Shown: piece after piece, positions 45,372 to 55,261 of the stretch | How positions within the stretch are numbered: the first letter of the stretch is position 1 | How the letters are laid out: every line of letters begins with the position of its first letter | Assembly: GCA_965205025.1 (NCBI GenBank) | Contig: CBDBFU010000009.1 | Coordinates: 1 to 64,000 of the forward strand | DNA length: 64,000 nucleotides | Origin: Candidatus Poribacteria bacterium | GTDB taxonomy: Bacteria; Poribacteria; WGA-4E; WGA-3G | Reading direction: 5' to 3' | Made by a program: the position numbers and the translations under genes | The notes under the pieces: generated by a model | Databases searched by the model: none | What the model saw: the letters and a program-made list of their open reading frames with translations, nothing else | Told to the model about the DNA's origin: nothing

Positions 45372-46808
45372 ATGTTTGATAAAATTACACCTCGCAGTGA
45401 AGATTACTCAAAATGGTATACACAAGTCATCCGTCAAACCGAAATGGCAGATTATGCACCGGTTCGTGGATGTATGGTTGTACGTCCGTATGGTTATTCC
45501 TTATGGGAAAACGTCAAAGAACAACTTGATATTCGGTTTAAAGCTACTGGACATCAAAACGCAGCATTTCCGCTTTTTATTCCCATGAGTTTCATAGAAA
45601 AAGAAGCAGAACACGTTGAAGGTTTTAAACCGGAACTCGCCGTTGTTACACATGGTGGCGGTAAAAAATTAGATGAACCACTCGTTGTACGTCCTACATC
45701 AGAAACCATTATCGGACACATGTATAGTCAATGGATACAATCCTACCGAGATCTCCCTGTCCTTATCAATCAATGGGCAAACGTAGTACGATGGGAACTA
45801 CGACCCCGTCTATTCCTCCGTACAATGGAGTTTTTCTGGCAGGAAGGTCATACTGCACACGCAACACATGAAGAAGCAGTAGAGGAAACCTTACGTATTC
45901 TGGATATTTACACCGATTTTGCTGTAAACGAAGCAGCAATACCGGTCATTCCGGGACGTAAAAGTGATAGTGAGAAGTTCCCCGGTGCACTAACCTCCTA
46001 TACAATTGAAGCAATGATGGGAGATAAACGTGCTTTGCAAGCAGGTACATCGCACGACCTCGGACAGAACTTCGCAAAAGTCTTTGATATTCAATACCTC
46101 GATGCAGAACAGAAACAACAACACTGTTGGACAACAAGTTGGGGTGTCAGCACCCGAATGATCGGTGCTATCATAATGGCACATGGGGATGACCAAGGAT
46201 TAGTTCTTCCCCCAAGACTCGCACCTACACAACTCGTAATCGTTCCTATTATACCAAAAAACAGTGAAGAAACAAAACAGATTGTCACTGAAACTGTCAA
46301 CGCTATATGTGAAACATTAGGAGATATACGATATTATGTAGACGATCGCTATGAACATTCTCCCGGTTGGCGATTCAATGAATGGGAACTAAAGGGTGTT
46401 CCGATTCGTATAGAGATAGGTCCTCGTGATATTGAAAACCAACAGGTCGTCTTTGCTCGTAGAGATATTCCTGGAAAAGAAGGGAAATCTTTCGTTCCGA
46501 TTGTAGATGTGGCAAAAACAGCAACACAATTGCTGGAAACAATTCAGTCTGACATGCTCAAACGCGCAACAGAATTCAGAGATGCAAACACTTTTGAACC
46601 TGAAAGCTATGATTCATTAAAAGAGATAGTTGAAATAGGCTTTGCACGGGCATGGTGGTGTGGAAACGTAGAATGCGAAGATAAAATCAAAGATGACACA
46701 CAAGCCACTATCCGATGTATCCCGACGGAGCAACCAGATTCCGATGGGGTCTGTATTGTCTGCAGTGCTGAATCAAAAGAACTAACAATCTTTGCGCGGG
46801 CATACTAA
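45372..46808 (+). CDS. proS: Proline--tRNA ligase, archaeal/eukaryotic type
   Basis: RPTSET, QWANVVRWE, FFWQEGHT, QAGTSH, SWGVSTR, C-terminal zinc-type domain ending FARAY. Confidence 0.96.
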   Translation: MFDKITPRSEDYSKWYTQVIRQTEMADYAPVRGCMVVRPYGYSLWENVKEQLDIRFKATGHQNAAFPLFIPMSFIEKEAEHVEGFKPELAVVTHGGGKKLDEPLVVRPTSETIIGHMYSQWIQSYRDLPVLINQWANVVRWELRPRLFLRTMEFFWQEGHTAHATHEEAVEETLRILDIYTDFAVNEAAIPVIPGRKSDSEKFPGALTSYTIEAMMGDKRALQAGTSHDLGQNFAKVFDIQYLDAEQKQQHCWTTSWGVSTRMIGAIIMAHGDDQGLVLPPRLAPTQLVIVPIIPKNSEETKQIVTETVNAICETLGDIRYYVDDRYEHSPGWRFNEWELKGVPIRIEIGPRDIENQQVVFARRDIPGKEGKSFVPIVDVAKTATQLLETIQSDMLKRATEFRDANTFEPESYDSLKEIVEIGFARAWWCGNVECEDKIKDDTQATIRCIPTEQPDSDGVCIVCSAESKELTIFARAY

Positions 46809-46910
46809 AGACTCTCTCAATTTTGAAATAGCAAAGATAAGGAAAATTAGAGAATTGATGGTTAATACATGCCTATATCTGCAAAAATATATGAAAGTTG
46901 GAGATGAAAA

Positions 46911-47327
46911 ATGAAATATTTTACAATTCTCACACTGTTATTTTTATTTGTAGCATCAACCGCACAAAGCGATCTTACACCAAAAGACCTTAAAAATATT
47001 CAAGAAATCGTCAAAGAAGCTATCACCGAATCTGAAAATAGAACTAAAGAATACGTTAATTTAAAATTTGATAGTCTTGAAAAAAGTGTTAACGAACGAT
47101 TTAATAGCGTTGATAAACGATTTGATAGCGTTGATAAACGATTTGATAGCGTTGATAAACGAATGACACACCAAGCAAATTTCACTTATGGACTCATGGC
47201 ACTTGTTGCTGTTGCAATAGATTTCCCCGCGTGGCGAAGCCAAAAAGACCGAACCCTTGAAAAACGGATAGAAGCACTCACGCAAGAAATTGAAATACTC
47301 AAAAAACAACGGATTCAATCCCCGTAA
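46911..47327 (+). CDS. Small coiled-coil protein with signal peptide and one TM helix
   Basis: RF(N/D)SVDK heptad x3, hydrophobic segment, C-terminal coiled coil. Confidence 0.65.
   Translation: MKYFTILTLLFLFVASTAQSDLTPKDLKNIQEIVKEAITESENRTKEYVNLKFDSLEKSVNERFNSVDKRFDSVDKRFDSVDKRMTHQANFTYGLMALVAVAIDFPAWRSQKDRTLEKRIEALTQEIEILKKQRIQSP
47095..47162 (+). repeat. 21-bp coding tandem repeat, 3 units
   Basis: AACGATTT(A/G)ATAGCGTTGATA. Confidence 0.9.
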
Positions 47328-47409
47328 GAAAATAAACTTTTTTATTGCACAATAACGAGAATACAATTGAACTGAAAATTACGATGAATTCAAGGAAAAT
47401 GTTGATACA

Positions 47410-48063
47410 ATGAATTATGTCATCTGCGCAACACCCCGTACACGCAGTACTGTTATATGTGACTTGTTAGTTTCATCCAATGTAGCAGGCTATCCGAGAG
47501 AATACCACGAAGGACACGAATCGCTAAAAGACTTGGATATAACCGACCCAGCAACATATCAAAAATACGTATCCGTTTCCACTTCACCAAATGGAGTGTG
47601 TGGTATACAAGTCATGTCCACAGAAAAGCATATCGTTGAAAAGTTTATAGATTTTAAAAACGTAAAATGCCTCTGGATGCGCAGAGAGAACAAAATAAAA
47701 CAAGCCATCTCCCTTTTGAAAGCTCACAAACGTAATTGCTTTTATGAGACAGATACATCTCGGAAAAATGACGACCTCAATCAAATCAAAATTACGCGTG
47801 ATGAGATCGCATACAGCACATTTGAATTGACGGCACAGGATTTGTCATGGGAATCTTATTTTCAAGAAAACAAAATTATTCCCCTAACAATTTGGTACAA
47901 AGACTTAGAAACAGAAACACAGCAAAAAGACACCCTTAAGAAAGTCTTGGATTTTCTTGGTATCTACGACACGCCAAGTGAACCTAAAGTTTGGGTTACA
48001 CGTCAGGATGCAAAATGGGACCAGGACTTATATAACCAAACCGTGAATCCATATCAACAATGA
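47410..48063 (+). CDS. Stf0-family sulfotransferase-like protein
   Basis: YVICATPRTRST, AGYPREY, NGVCG, RRENKIKQAIS, W..YF, PLTIWY. Confidence 0.78.
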   Translation: MNYVICATPRTRSTVICDLLVSSNVAGYPREYHEGHESLKDLDITDPATYQKYVSVSTSPNGVCGIQVMSTEKHIVEKFIDFKNVKCLWMRRENKIKQAISLLKAHKRNCFYETDTSRKNDDLNQIKITRDEIAYSTFELTAQDLSWESYFQENKIIPLTIWYKDLETETQQKDTLKKVLDFLGIYDTPSEPKVWVTRQDAKWDQDLYNQTVNPYQQ

Positions 48064-48103
48064 AGGTTTATATGGATATCTTTCATCGGTTAAACCGTTC
48101 TTT

Positions 48104-48252
48104 AGTCCCATAGGGACGGAATGTCTATAGAAAAACTATTACACACATCTCTTGAGTCCCGGGGAATGCCTAAATGGCATTCATACCCGGGGAATGCTAA
48201 ATAGCATTCATACCGTTGATTCCTTGATTTAGTAGGGACGAAATGTTTATAG
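48104..48252 (+). repeat. Composite REP element, copy 1
   Basis: Near-identical to 53256-53407 apart from the spacer after the first hairpin. Confidence 0.85.
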
Positions 48253-48407
48253 TATAAAATCCAAACTTCGTGAAAACAACAAATATAATTAGTTAACTGA
48301 CACAAGTCGTTATAGTTTGGATAGTTCTTATTCCTGAGGATGTTGAGTTTCTAATGATAAGTCTTTTTTGTGAGTTTAACATATCAGTGGAATCCTACAA
48401 GAATACT

Positions 48408-48510
48408 GTACTCCAGCGGAGTGCTATGTCTATAGAAAACATGATCGGTACATTCTCGCACTCCAGCGGAGTGCTATATGTCGATTCCTACAGACCGTTC
48501 CGCTGGAGCA
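48408..48510. repeat. REP-like cluster (two direct hairpins and one inverted)
   Basis: ACTCCAGCGGAGTGC twice, then TTCCGCTGGAGC. Confidence 0.75.
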
Positions 48511-48562
48511 ATGAGGGTTTCATTTTTATGTGTGGAGTCAGAATTTAGTACAGATGAAGTAA

Positions 48563-48832
48563 ACCGATTTCTTATACCATTTATACCATAAGGACGACTA
48601 CCCGATTTATGATCAACATGCTTTACTGGCTGTAGGAGAACCACAAGATGAAAGTGTTTGGGAGTCTTATGTCCAGCTTTGTCGTAAAGTTGCCAAAGAT
48701 AACAAAGTTGATATGAGAACCTTAGATCGCGCTTTGTACCGATTTGGTTATGTACTCTCTGTTCTGAATAATTTGGAGAACGACTTGGCATGCCTCGGTA
48801 TAAAGGTGAACGATATTGTAAATGGGTACTAA
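48563..48832 (+). pseudogene. 5'-truncated remnant of an HhH-GPD-like (DNA glycosylase-fold) gene
   Basis: No start codon; translates as HLYHKDDYPIYDQHAL...WESYVQLCRKVA...VDMRTLDRALY. Confidence 0.55.
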
Positions 48833-49103
48833 TAGATAACCACCACTTTTAACTGAATCGCAGAATTCCGATTTGAATATATTCAATCTAAAAGGAGTAG
48901 TAAATACTCTCCTAATTGGTTATTCAAAGATATCAACACTGGGTTATTATAGACTTGATTTGAAAAATTATATCGCACAAAAAACACATATAATCATAAT
49001 TATGTAGTGGGTTTAACGCAAGAATAAAAAACATTTGAACGAAAAAGTAATCATTTGGTAACTTTTTGAAAGTTGTAGGTTAGATTTATTTAGAGGAATA
49101 CAA

Positions 49104-49331
49104 ATGCCTATAAATTGGAGAGACCACATCGTTAGCACACCAGAAATATTACGGGGTAAACCGCGTATAAAAGGCACAAGGATTCCTGTAAGTCTCATTC
49201 TTAGTTACCTTGCAGCAGGATCTACCACAGACGAAATAATTGTTGAATTTCCTGATCTCAAAACGACACAGATACATGCTTGTCTTGATAATGAAAAAAT
49301 ATTGAAGAAAACCAAACCATTATACAACTAA
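49104..49331 (+). CDS. DUF433 (VapB45-like antitoxin) protein, no adjacent toxin
   Basis: IVSTPEILRGKPRIKGTRIPV..IL..LAAG....EI..EFP.L. Confidence 0.85.
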   Translation: MPINWRDHIVSTPEILRGKPRIKGTRIPVSLILSYLAAGSTTDEIIVEFPDLKTTQIHACLDNEKILKKTKPLYN

Positions 49332-49370
49332 ATATATTATGGAATAGTATCACACAAAATAATATTAAAC

Positions 49371-49400
49371 TTGACACCTGTATTTTTATTGTGTTACTAT
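49371..49400 (+). promoter_or_regulatory. Sigma70-like promoter facing a noncoding palindromic region
   Basis: TTGACA-18 nt-TACTAT with extended -10 TG. Confidence 0.45.
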
Positions 49401-49737
49401 ATGTATTACAGGAAAAACATATCATGAAATTTTTGTTATAATACTTTCATAACTGTTATGAAACTTTCACAACAGTTATGAAAAGGAAATCGAAATCTCA
49501 TACCCCTACAAACCTATACCAGGACAGGGTTTAGAACAGTTCAAACAAGACCAGAGTATGAATTTTCTAAAAAAAATAAAAAAACTAACATTTTTTTAGG
49601 TATTTCTAAAAAACCCTTTCTGGGACTGACTTTAGAGCAGTTTAAAACAACTGGTTGAAAAAATTGTGTTGTGAAAATACTATTATGGGGTATCTCATAT
49701 TTTGATCGTTTCAACACAGTTTTTCTGACACTTTCCT

Positions 49738-49808
49738 CTCCCCAGAGGGGTGATATGTCTATAGAAAAAGGTATACCAACATCCTGCACTCCAGCGGAGT
49801 GCTATGTA
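49738..49808 (+). repeat. REP-like hairpin doublet
   Basis: CCCCAGAGGGG-TGATATGTCTATAGAAA...GCACTCCAGCGGAGTGC. Confidence 0.72.
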
Positions 49809-49812
49809 AGTA

Positions 49813-49930
49813 ATACCATTTCTGATAAATATTGTCTCTTTAAAATGTAGCACAAACTGTCAGTTTGTGCCGTGTTTCACCCCATACATAACAAAATTCT
49901 TGATGTGATAAACATTTTTAGAAATGGTAT
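49813..49930. mobile_element. MITE-like unit of the same TIR family as 43808, enclosing a GTAG hairpin
   Basis: ATACCATTTCT / AGAAATGGTAT; inner GTAGCACAAACTGTCAGTTTGTGC. Confidence 0.62.
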
Positions 49931-50109
49931 AAATAGGTGGTAACTTAGCTTAATATAATTTTTATGAGATACACTAAACAGAATTCACATCTTAAGAAAG
50001 AAGATAGAACAAAAAACAGGAAAATGAGAAATGACAATCCAAAATTTTCATAATAACACAATCAGATATAGAAAAAATAGCGAATGGCTTCAGTGGGCAG
50101 GAAATTCAG

Positions 50110-50614
50110 AAAAACCAGAAAAGAACACAAAAATCAAAATTCTAAAATTTCAAGAAAATTACCATAAACCCACTCTACTACAGGGATTAGAGCAATATTA
50201 CAAAGTTACACCATGTAACGAAAAGTGTAACTTTTTCATTTTACTCTCTTTCATTTTACTCTCTTTCAATTTACTAAAAAGTATCACATTAATACAGTTC
50301 CTCTTCGTAGGGACGGGGTTTTCCCGTCCGTATTTTCGATATATTATACATAGCAAATACAAAGAATCTTCCAAATCTATGATTTATAGGATATATTCGA
50401 ATATCTTGTCAAAATGGATTCAGAAGATATTTCACATTCATACGATCCCAATTCAATGGATTAAAAGAATAGGAAAAGACACAAATTTTGTCCCCACTTT
50501 ATAATTGGAACAAATTCTTGTAACCATAAAAAAGTGGCTTTAAATCCAGTGTAGTACTGACGGGAGAGAGGTTTTACCAATGTCACACCATGTGACAAAA
50601 AGTGTAACTTTTTT
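50110..50614 (+). repeat. Dispersed noncoding element, copies B and C
   Basis: GTTACACCATGTAACGAAAAGTGTAACTTTTT and TGTCACACCATGTGACAAAAAGTGTAACTTTTT. Confidence 0.7.
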
Positions 50615-51015
50615 AAACGAATAAATAATAAATATATTACTATTGTGAACAGTAATAAATAGCAAATTTACAGAAGAATTACCCTTGGTTCAATATAATA
50701 CATGGCAAGGAACAAAGCACTCTCAATATAATGATATATGAGATATGACCTATAAACTATACACAAGTTGGAATTGACATAATAATTGCAAATTTTCAGA
50801 GTATTCAGAGTAAATCAGAAAAACCCAAAATGTAGAAAACAGCAAAGAAGCCATACTGTGACTGACTTCATAGGAATTAATAACTTTTCCCAGCAACATT
50901 TACTCTGAAAATTTCGCTGATACTTGGAAACAACTAAAAACTGTAAACTAAAAACTATATGATCCGTGATATTCATACCAAAAACTTTACATACCTAATA
51001 TAAGAAAGACTCAAC

Positions 51016-53067
51016 ATGCACTACACATCACAACAAAACGACTGGTTAGTCCAACCCTTTGAGCAACCCGCGACAGTAGAAGAAATGGATAATCAACTTA
51101 TTATCAGTAACGGACTAATTCAGCGAAGGTTCGTAACCACTCCCAATTTCGCAACAATAGATTACACCAATCTAATCACAGGTAACAGTCTTCTGCGTGG
51201 CATCAAACCTGAAGCTATACTTACGATAAACGGACAGGAATATGAAGTTGGTGGCTTAAAAGGTCAACCAGATTACGCCTATCTTGATGATAAATGGATT
51301 CCTGATTTGACCAGTGATCCTAACGCATTTCAATATCAAGAATATCGAATTAGTGCACCAGAAATGCGATACCCATGGGTAGACAGACGTACGGAAACAT
51401 CTTCACCGTATCCACCAGAAGGTGTAACACTGACCGTCGTCTTCTCATCTCCACCATCCCTCGAACCACTTCAAATTTGTGTGCATTATGAACTATACCA
51501 AGGTATTCCCGTATTATCTAAATGGATTACTATTCACAATGAGAGTCAGAAAACAATCGAAATTGATGCTCTAAGTAGTGAAATCCTTGCTGTCAATGAA
51601 CAGGAGAAACACCGTCTACATGTGGAAAGTGATTATGCTTTCAGCAAAATGGAGACAACACAGTGGGGACCAGATGAAGAATATCTGACACAGACCGATT
51701 ATCTCTATCAGATGCCACTTTTGATGACAAGCACGTATCCACTCGGTCCTGGCGTACTTCTTCAACCGGGAGAGTCATTTGAAAGCTTTCGCACCTATGA
51801 AATCCTACATGATAGCGATGATCGTGAACGAAAAGGACTCACACATCGTAAGATGTATCGAACACTTGCACCACAAGTTACCGAAAATCCAATTCTCATG
51901 CACGTTCGAAGTGCCGAACCAGACGCTGTTCGCTTAGCAATCGATCAGTGTGCTGAAGTCGGATTTGAAATGGTGATTATGACCTTTGGCAGTGGATACA
52001 ATGTTGAAAGTGAAGATCCTGAATATATCGCAAGAATGAAGGAATTAGCTGACTATGCTCATAGCAAAAACATTCAACTTGGTGGTTATACTTTAATGTG
52101 TGCATCACGTGGTGTAGGAGAAGAATTCAACTGTATTGATCCTGATACTGGAAAACCCGGAAGTAGATTTGGACAAAGTGCATGTCTCGCAAGTGAATGG
52201 GGAGATGGTTATGTTGAGAGAGTACTGAATTTCATGGACGCAACCGGAATGGATATCATTGAGACCGATGGTCCATACCATGGTGATGTCTGTGCCTCTA
52301 CAACCCACAAACACCATAACGGTTTAGCGGATTCACAATTGCGTCAGTGGGAAGCATGTGTGAATTTCTATCACGAATGTAGAAAACGCGGTATCTATAT
52401 CAATTCGCCAGATAATTATTACCTCAATGGTTCAAACAAATGTGGTATGGGGTATCGCGAAACAAACTTCAGTTTACCACGAGAACAACAGATTCTAATA
52501 GCAAGGCAAAATATCTACGATGCGACATACCAAAAGACACCCAGTATGGGATGGATGTTCGTTCCGTTAGTGGAATATCACGGCGGTGGACAGGCAGCAA
52601 CGTTTGAACCGTTGTGTGAACACCTTGAGGACTACGAATCACACCTCGCACAGAACTTCGGTAGCGGTGTGATTGCATGTTATCGTGGTCCGAGACTTTT
52701 CGATACAGAAGAGACAAAAGCTGTTGTTAAGAAATGGGTCGACTTTTTTAAACAGTATCGTCCTATCTTGGAATCGGATGTGATTCATGTACGCCGTCCA
52801 GATGGACGATCTATTGATTGTATACTACATGCTAATCCCCAACTTAACCCCTGTGGATTGGCAATGCTATATAATTCTACTAATCAGACACAAGAAACAA
52901 CGCTGAAATTACCTGTCTATTATACCGGATTGAGTGAAATAGCTAAAATTCGAGAAAAAGAAGATGAACCAAAAGCATACAAGATAGACCGAAATTACAA
53001 CATTGAGATTCCAATTAAAATGGAAGCGAATAGCATTACCTATCTTGTAATAGATTCTGGATCATGA
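51016..53067 (+). CDS. Alpha-galactosidase-like glycoside hydrolase (GH36-like)
   Basis: ISNGLIQRRF N-terminal sandwich, TIM-barrel core (IDQCAEVGFEMVI, CLASEW, ETDG), C-terminal beta domain. Confidence 0.7.
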   Translation: MHYTSQQNDWLVQPFEQPATVEEMDNQLIISNGLIQRRFVTTPNFATIDYTNLITGNSLLRGIKPEAILTINGQEYEVGGLKGQPDYAYLDDKWIPDLTSDPNAFQYQEYRISAPEMRYPWVDRRTETSSPYPPEGVTLTVVFSSPPSLEPLQICVHYELYQGIPVLSKWITIHNESQKTIEIDALSSEILAVNEQEKHRLHVESDYAFSKMETTQWGPDEEYLTQTDYLYQMPLLMTSTYPLGPGVLLQPGESFESFRTYEILHDSDDRERKGLTHRKMYRTLAPQVTENPILMHVRSAEPDAVRLAIDQCAEVGFEMVIMTFGSGYNVESEDPEYIARMKELADYAHSKNIQLGGYTLMCASRGVGEEFNCIDPDTGKPGSRFGQSACLASEWGDGYVERVLNFMDATGMDIIETDGPYHGDVCASTTHKHHNGLADSQLRQWEACVNFYHECRKRGIYINSPDNYYLNGSNKCGMGYRETNFSLPREQQILIARQNIYDATYQKTPSMGWMFVPLVEYHGGGQAATFEPLCEHLEDYESHLAQNFGSGVIACYRGPRLFDTEETKAVVKKWVDFFKQYRPILESDVIHVRRPDGRSIDCILHANPQLNPCGLAMLYNSTNQTQETTLKLPVYYTGLSEIAKIREKEDEPKAYKIDRNYNIEIPIKMEANSITYLVIDSGS

Positions 53068-53255
53068 TACCTCAAATCGTTCTATACCAACAAATTCTGG
53101 CATAATGTATTCATGCCTGATTAGATAAATAATCTCAATTGTGCATTTACATTTTCTGCATTAATGTCTATAATAGGAATGTAATACCGTTTTCAATTGA
53201 AATATCTACATTACGATTTTTCATCTAAATAGGACTAATTAGTTGTAAAAATTGG

Positions 53256-53407
53256 AGTCTCGTAGGGACGGTAGGTCTATAGAAAATCTATGAAAACCTG
53301 AACTGAGTCCCGGGGAATGCCTAAATGGCATTCATACCCGGTGAATGTCTAAATGACATTCATACCGTTGATTCCTTGATTTGGTAGGGACGAAATGTTT
53401 ATAGAAA
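53256..53407 (+). repeat. Composite REP element, copy 2
   Basis: Near-identical to 48104-48252 apart from the spacer after the first hairpin. Confidence 0.85.
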
Positions 53408-53462
53408 TAACAATGATTAATATAACATAATTAAACCTTGTATTCGCAAATGGAGGTAAAAA

Positions 53463-54227
53463 ATGAGAGTTGTCCAATTTAAACAATCAATTTTGGTATA
53501 TGGAACACTGATCTGCCTCTGTTTTATGTATCCAGGTCTGAGTTCTGCTATCGATACTGACGCTGCTTTGGGAATATGGCTTTTTGATGAAGGTAATGGT
53601 AATACTGCAATGGATAGTTCCAATAATGGTAATGATGGAGAACTGGTTGGTGCCAAATGGGTTGCCGGAAAGTATGGGGAGGCATTAAAGTTTGAGGGTG
53701 GTGCTCATGTTTCTGTGGGTAATTTTGCAGATTATGAGGATGAGGTGTCGATCATTGCTCTGATTAAAACACCTGCAGCTCCCGCATGGTCAGATATCAT
53801 CGTGGGCCCTTGTGGTGATGTTATTTTTACATTGCAGAACCACAAATTAAATTTCGCTGGACAATGTGCACAACCCATTCCCCATAATACGTGGTCGACA
53901 ACGTTGTTGAACGATGACAAATGGCATTCTCTTGCCGGTACTTACGACGGGAAAACAGTAAAGGTTTTTGTTGATGGGAAATTAGAAGCTTCTAATGCTG
54001 CAGCAGGTGCATTCAAAATAGGAGCAAAGTATATCGGATCAAGAGACGACAAACAAGAAGCATACACTGGTCTGATTGATGAGATCGCATTTTTCAATAC
54101 TGCACTCTCAGAAAACGATGTAAAAGACATTGCAGAAGGTGGCTTATCTGTTGCACTCGGTTTTGCCTCCGTATCTCCGCAAGCAAAACTCACTACCACA
54201 TGGGGAAATTTGAAATCGAAAAACTAA
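53463..54227 (+). CDS. Secreted LamG/concanavalin-like protein with TWG tail
   Basis: WLFDEGNG...DSS, WHSLAGTYDG, FVDG, GLIDEIAFF, KLTTTWGNLKSKN. Confidence 0.87.
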   Translation: MRVVQFKQSILVYGTLICLCFMYPGLSSAIDTDAALGIWLFDEGNGNTAMDSSNNGNDGELVGAKWVAGKYGEALKFEGGAHVSVGNFADYEDEVSIIALIKTPAAPAWSDIIVGPCGDVIFTLQNHKLNFAGQCAQPIPHNTWSTTLLNDDKWHSLAGTYDGKTVKVFVDGKLEASNAAAGAFKIGAKYIGSRDDKQEAYTGLIDEIAFFNTALSENDVKDIAEGGLSVALGFASVSPQAKLTTTWGNLKSKN

Positions 54228-54365
54228 TGGACAGTCCACGATAATTTTGTGAGTAGTTTTCTTCTGTAGGAGCGACCTCCTGGTCGCGACATGATTTACT
54301 GATACATAATTATATTTGACAACATGGAGGATAGAGTTTAATCATCGCGTTATTGAACCTCGAAT

Positions 54366-55238
54366 ATGAGTATACTGGTAAATAAAAATACGAAAGTAAT
54401 AGTTCAAGGTATCACAGGACGTTCTGGACGTTTTCATACTGAACAGTGTGTGGATTATGGTACGAATATTGTTGCTGGGTCGGTCCCCGGCAAAGGTGGA
54501 GCTGATGTGAATGGAATCCCTGTGTTTGACACTGTCGCAGAGGGAGTTGAGAAGACTGGAGCGGATACATCTCTAATTTTCGTACCTGCACACTTTAATG
54601 CAGCAGATTCTATCATGGAAGCCGCAGATGCTGGAGTAGCATTAATTGTCTGTATTTCTGAACACATACCTATCCTTGATATGGTCAAGGCTAAAGCCTT
54701 CTTAAATGGAAATACAACTCGATTAATCGGACCCAATTGTCCAGGAATAATTACTCCCGGTGAATGCAAAATTGGCGTGATGCCAGCATTTGCATATAGC
54801 ACCGGTAATGTTGGTATCGTATCACGAAGTGGAACACTCACCTATGAAGCAGCTTATCAACTCAAACAGCTCGGAATCGGACAATCTACATGTGTCGGTA
54901 TCGGTGGTGATCCTGTAATAGGGACAAGTTTCGTTGATGTTCTTGAACTATTCGAAGAAGACGATGACACACACGCTGTTGTACTAATTGGTGAAATCGG
55001 TGGTAACGCTGAGGAGAAGGCAGCAGAATTTGTAAGAGACAAAATGACAAAACCTGTAGTTGGTTTTATCGCAGGACAGACCGCACCACCCGGAAAACGT
55101 ATGGGACATGCAGGTGCAATTATTTCGGGTGGGAAAGGTACAGCTGCAGACAAAATACAATCTCTAAAAAACGCTGGAATCGCTGTCGCAGAAAACCTTA
55201 CCACTATTGGTGATACCGTAGCAGAGGTATTGGGTTAA
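54366..55238 (+). CDS. sucD: Succinyl-CoA synthetase alpha subunit
   Basis: [34 protein letters not shown]. Confidence 0.97.
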   Translation: MSILVNKNTKVIVQGITGRSGRFHTEQCVDYGTNIVAGSVPGKGGADVNGIPVFDTVAEGVEKTGADTSLIFVPAHFNAADSIMEAADAGVALIVCISEHIPILDMVKAKAFLNGNTTRLIGPNCPGIITPGECKIGVMPAFAYSTGNVGIVSRSGTLTYEAAYQLKQLGIGQSTCVGIGGDPVIGTSFVDVLELFEEDDDTHAVVLIGEIGGNAEEKAAEFVRDKMTKPVVGFIAGQTAPPGKRMGHAGAIISGGKGTAADKIQSLKNAGIAVAENLTTIGDTVAEVLG

Positions 55239-55261
55239 TCTGAACTTGTTGGGAACAAAAT

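Noticed and set aside
48311-48324. TATAGTTTGGATAG as a MITE left end
   Set aside because: Similar to the 56165 TIR, but no matching right end was found
48104-48510. Possible mini-CRISPR array of palindromic repeats
   Set aside because: Only 2-3 non-identical units, dispersed through the window, and no cas genes; REP-like elements fit better
50031-50504. 157-aa ORF as a real protein
   Set aside because: Spans a dispersed element, a 15-bp duplication and a REP hairpin; treated as noncoding
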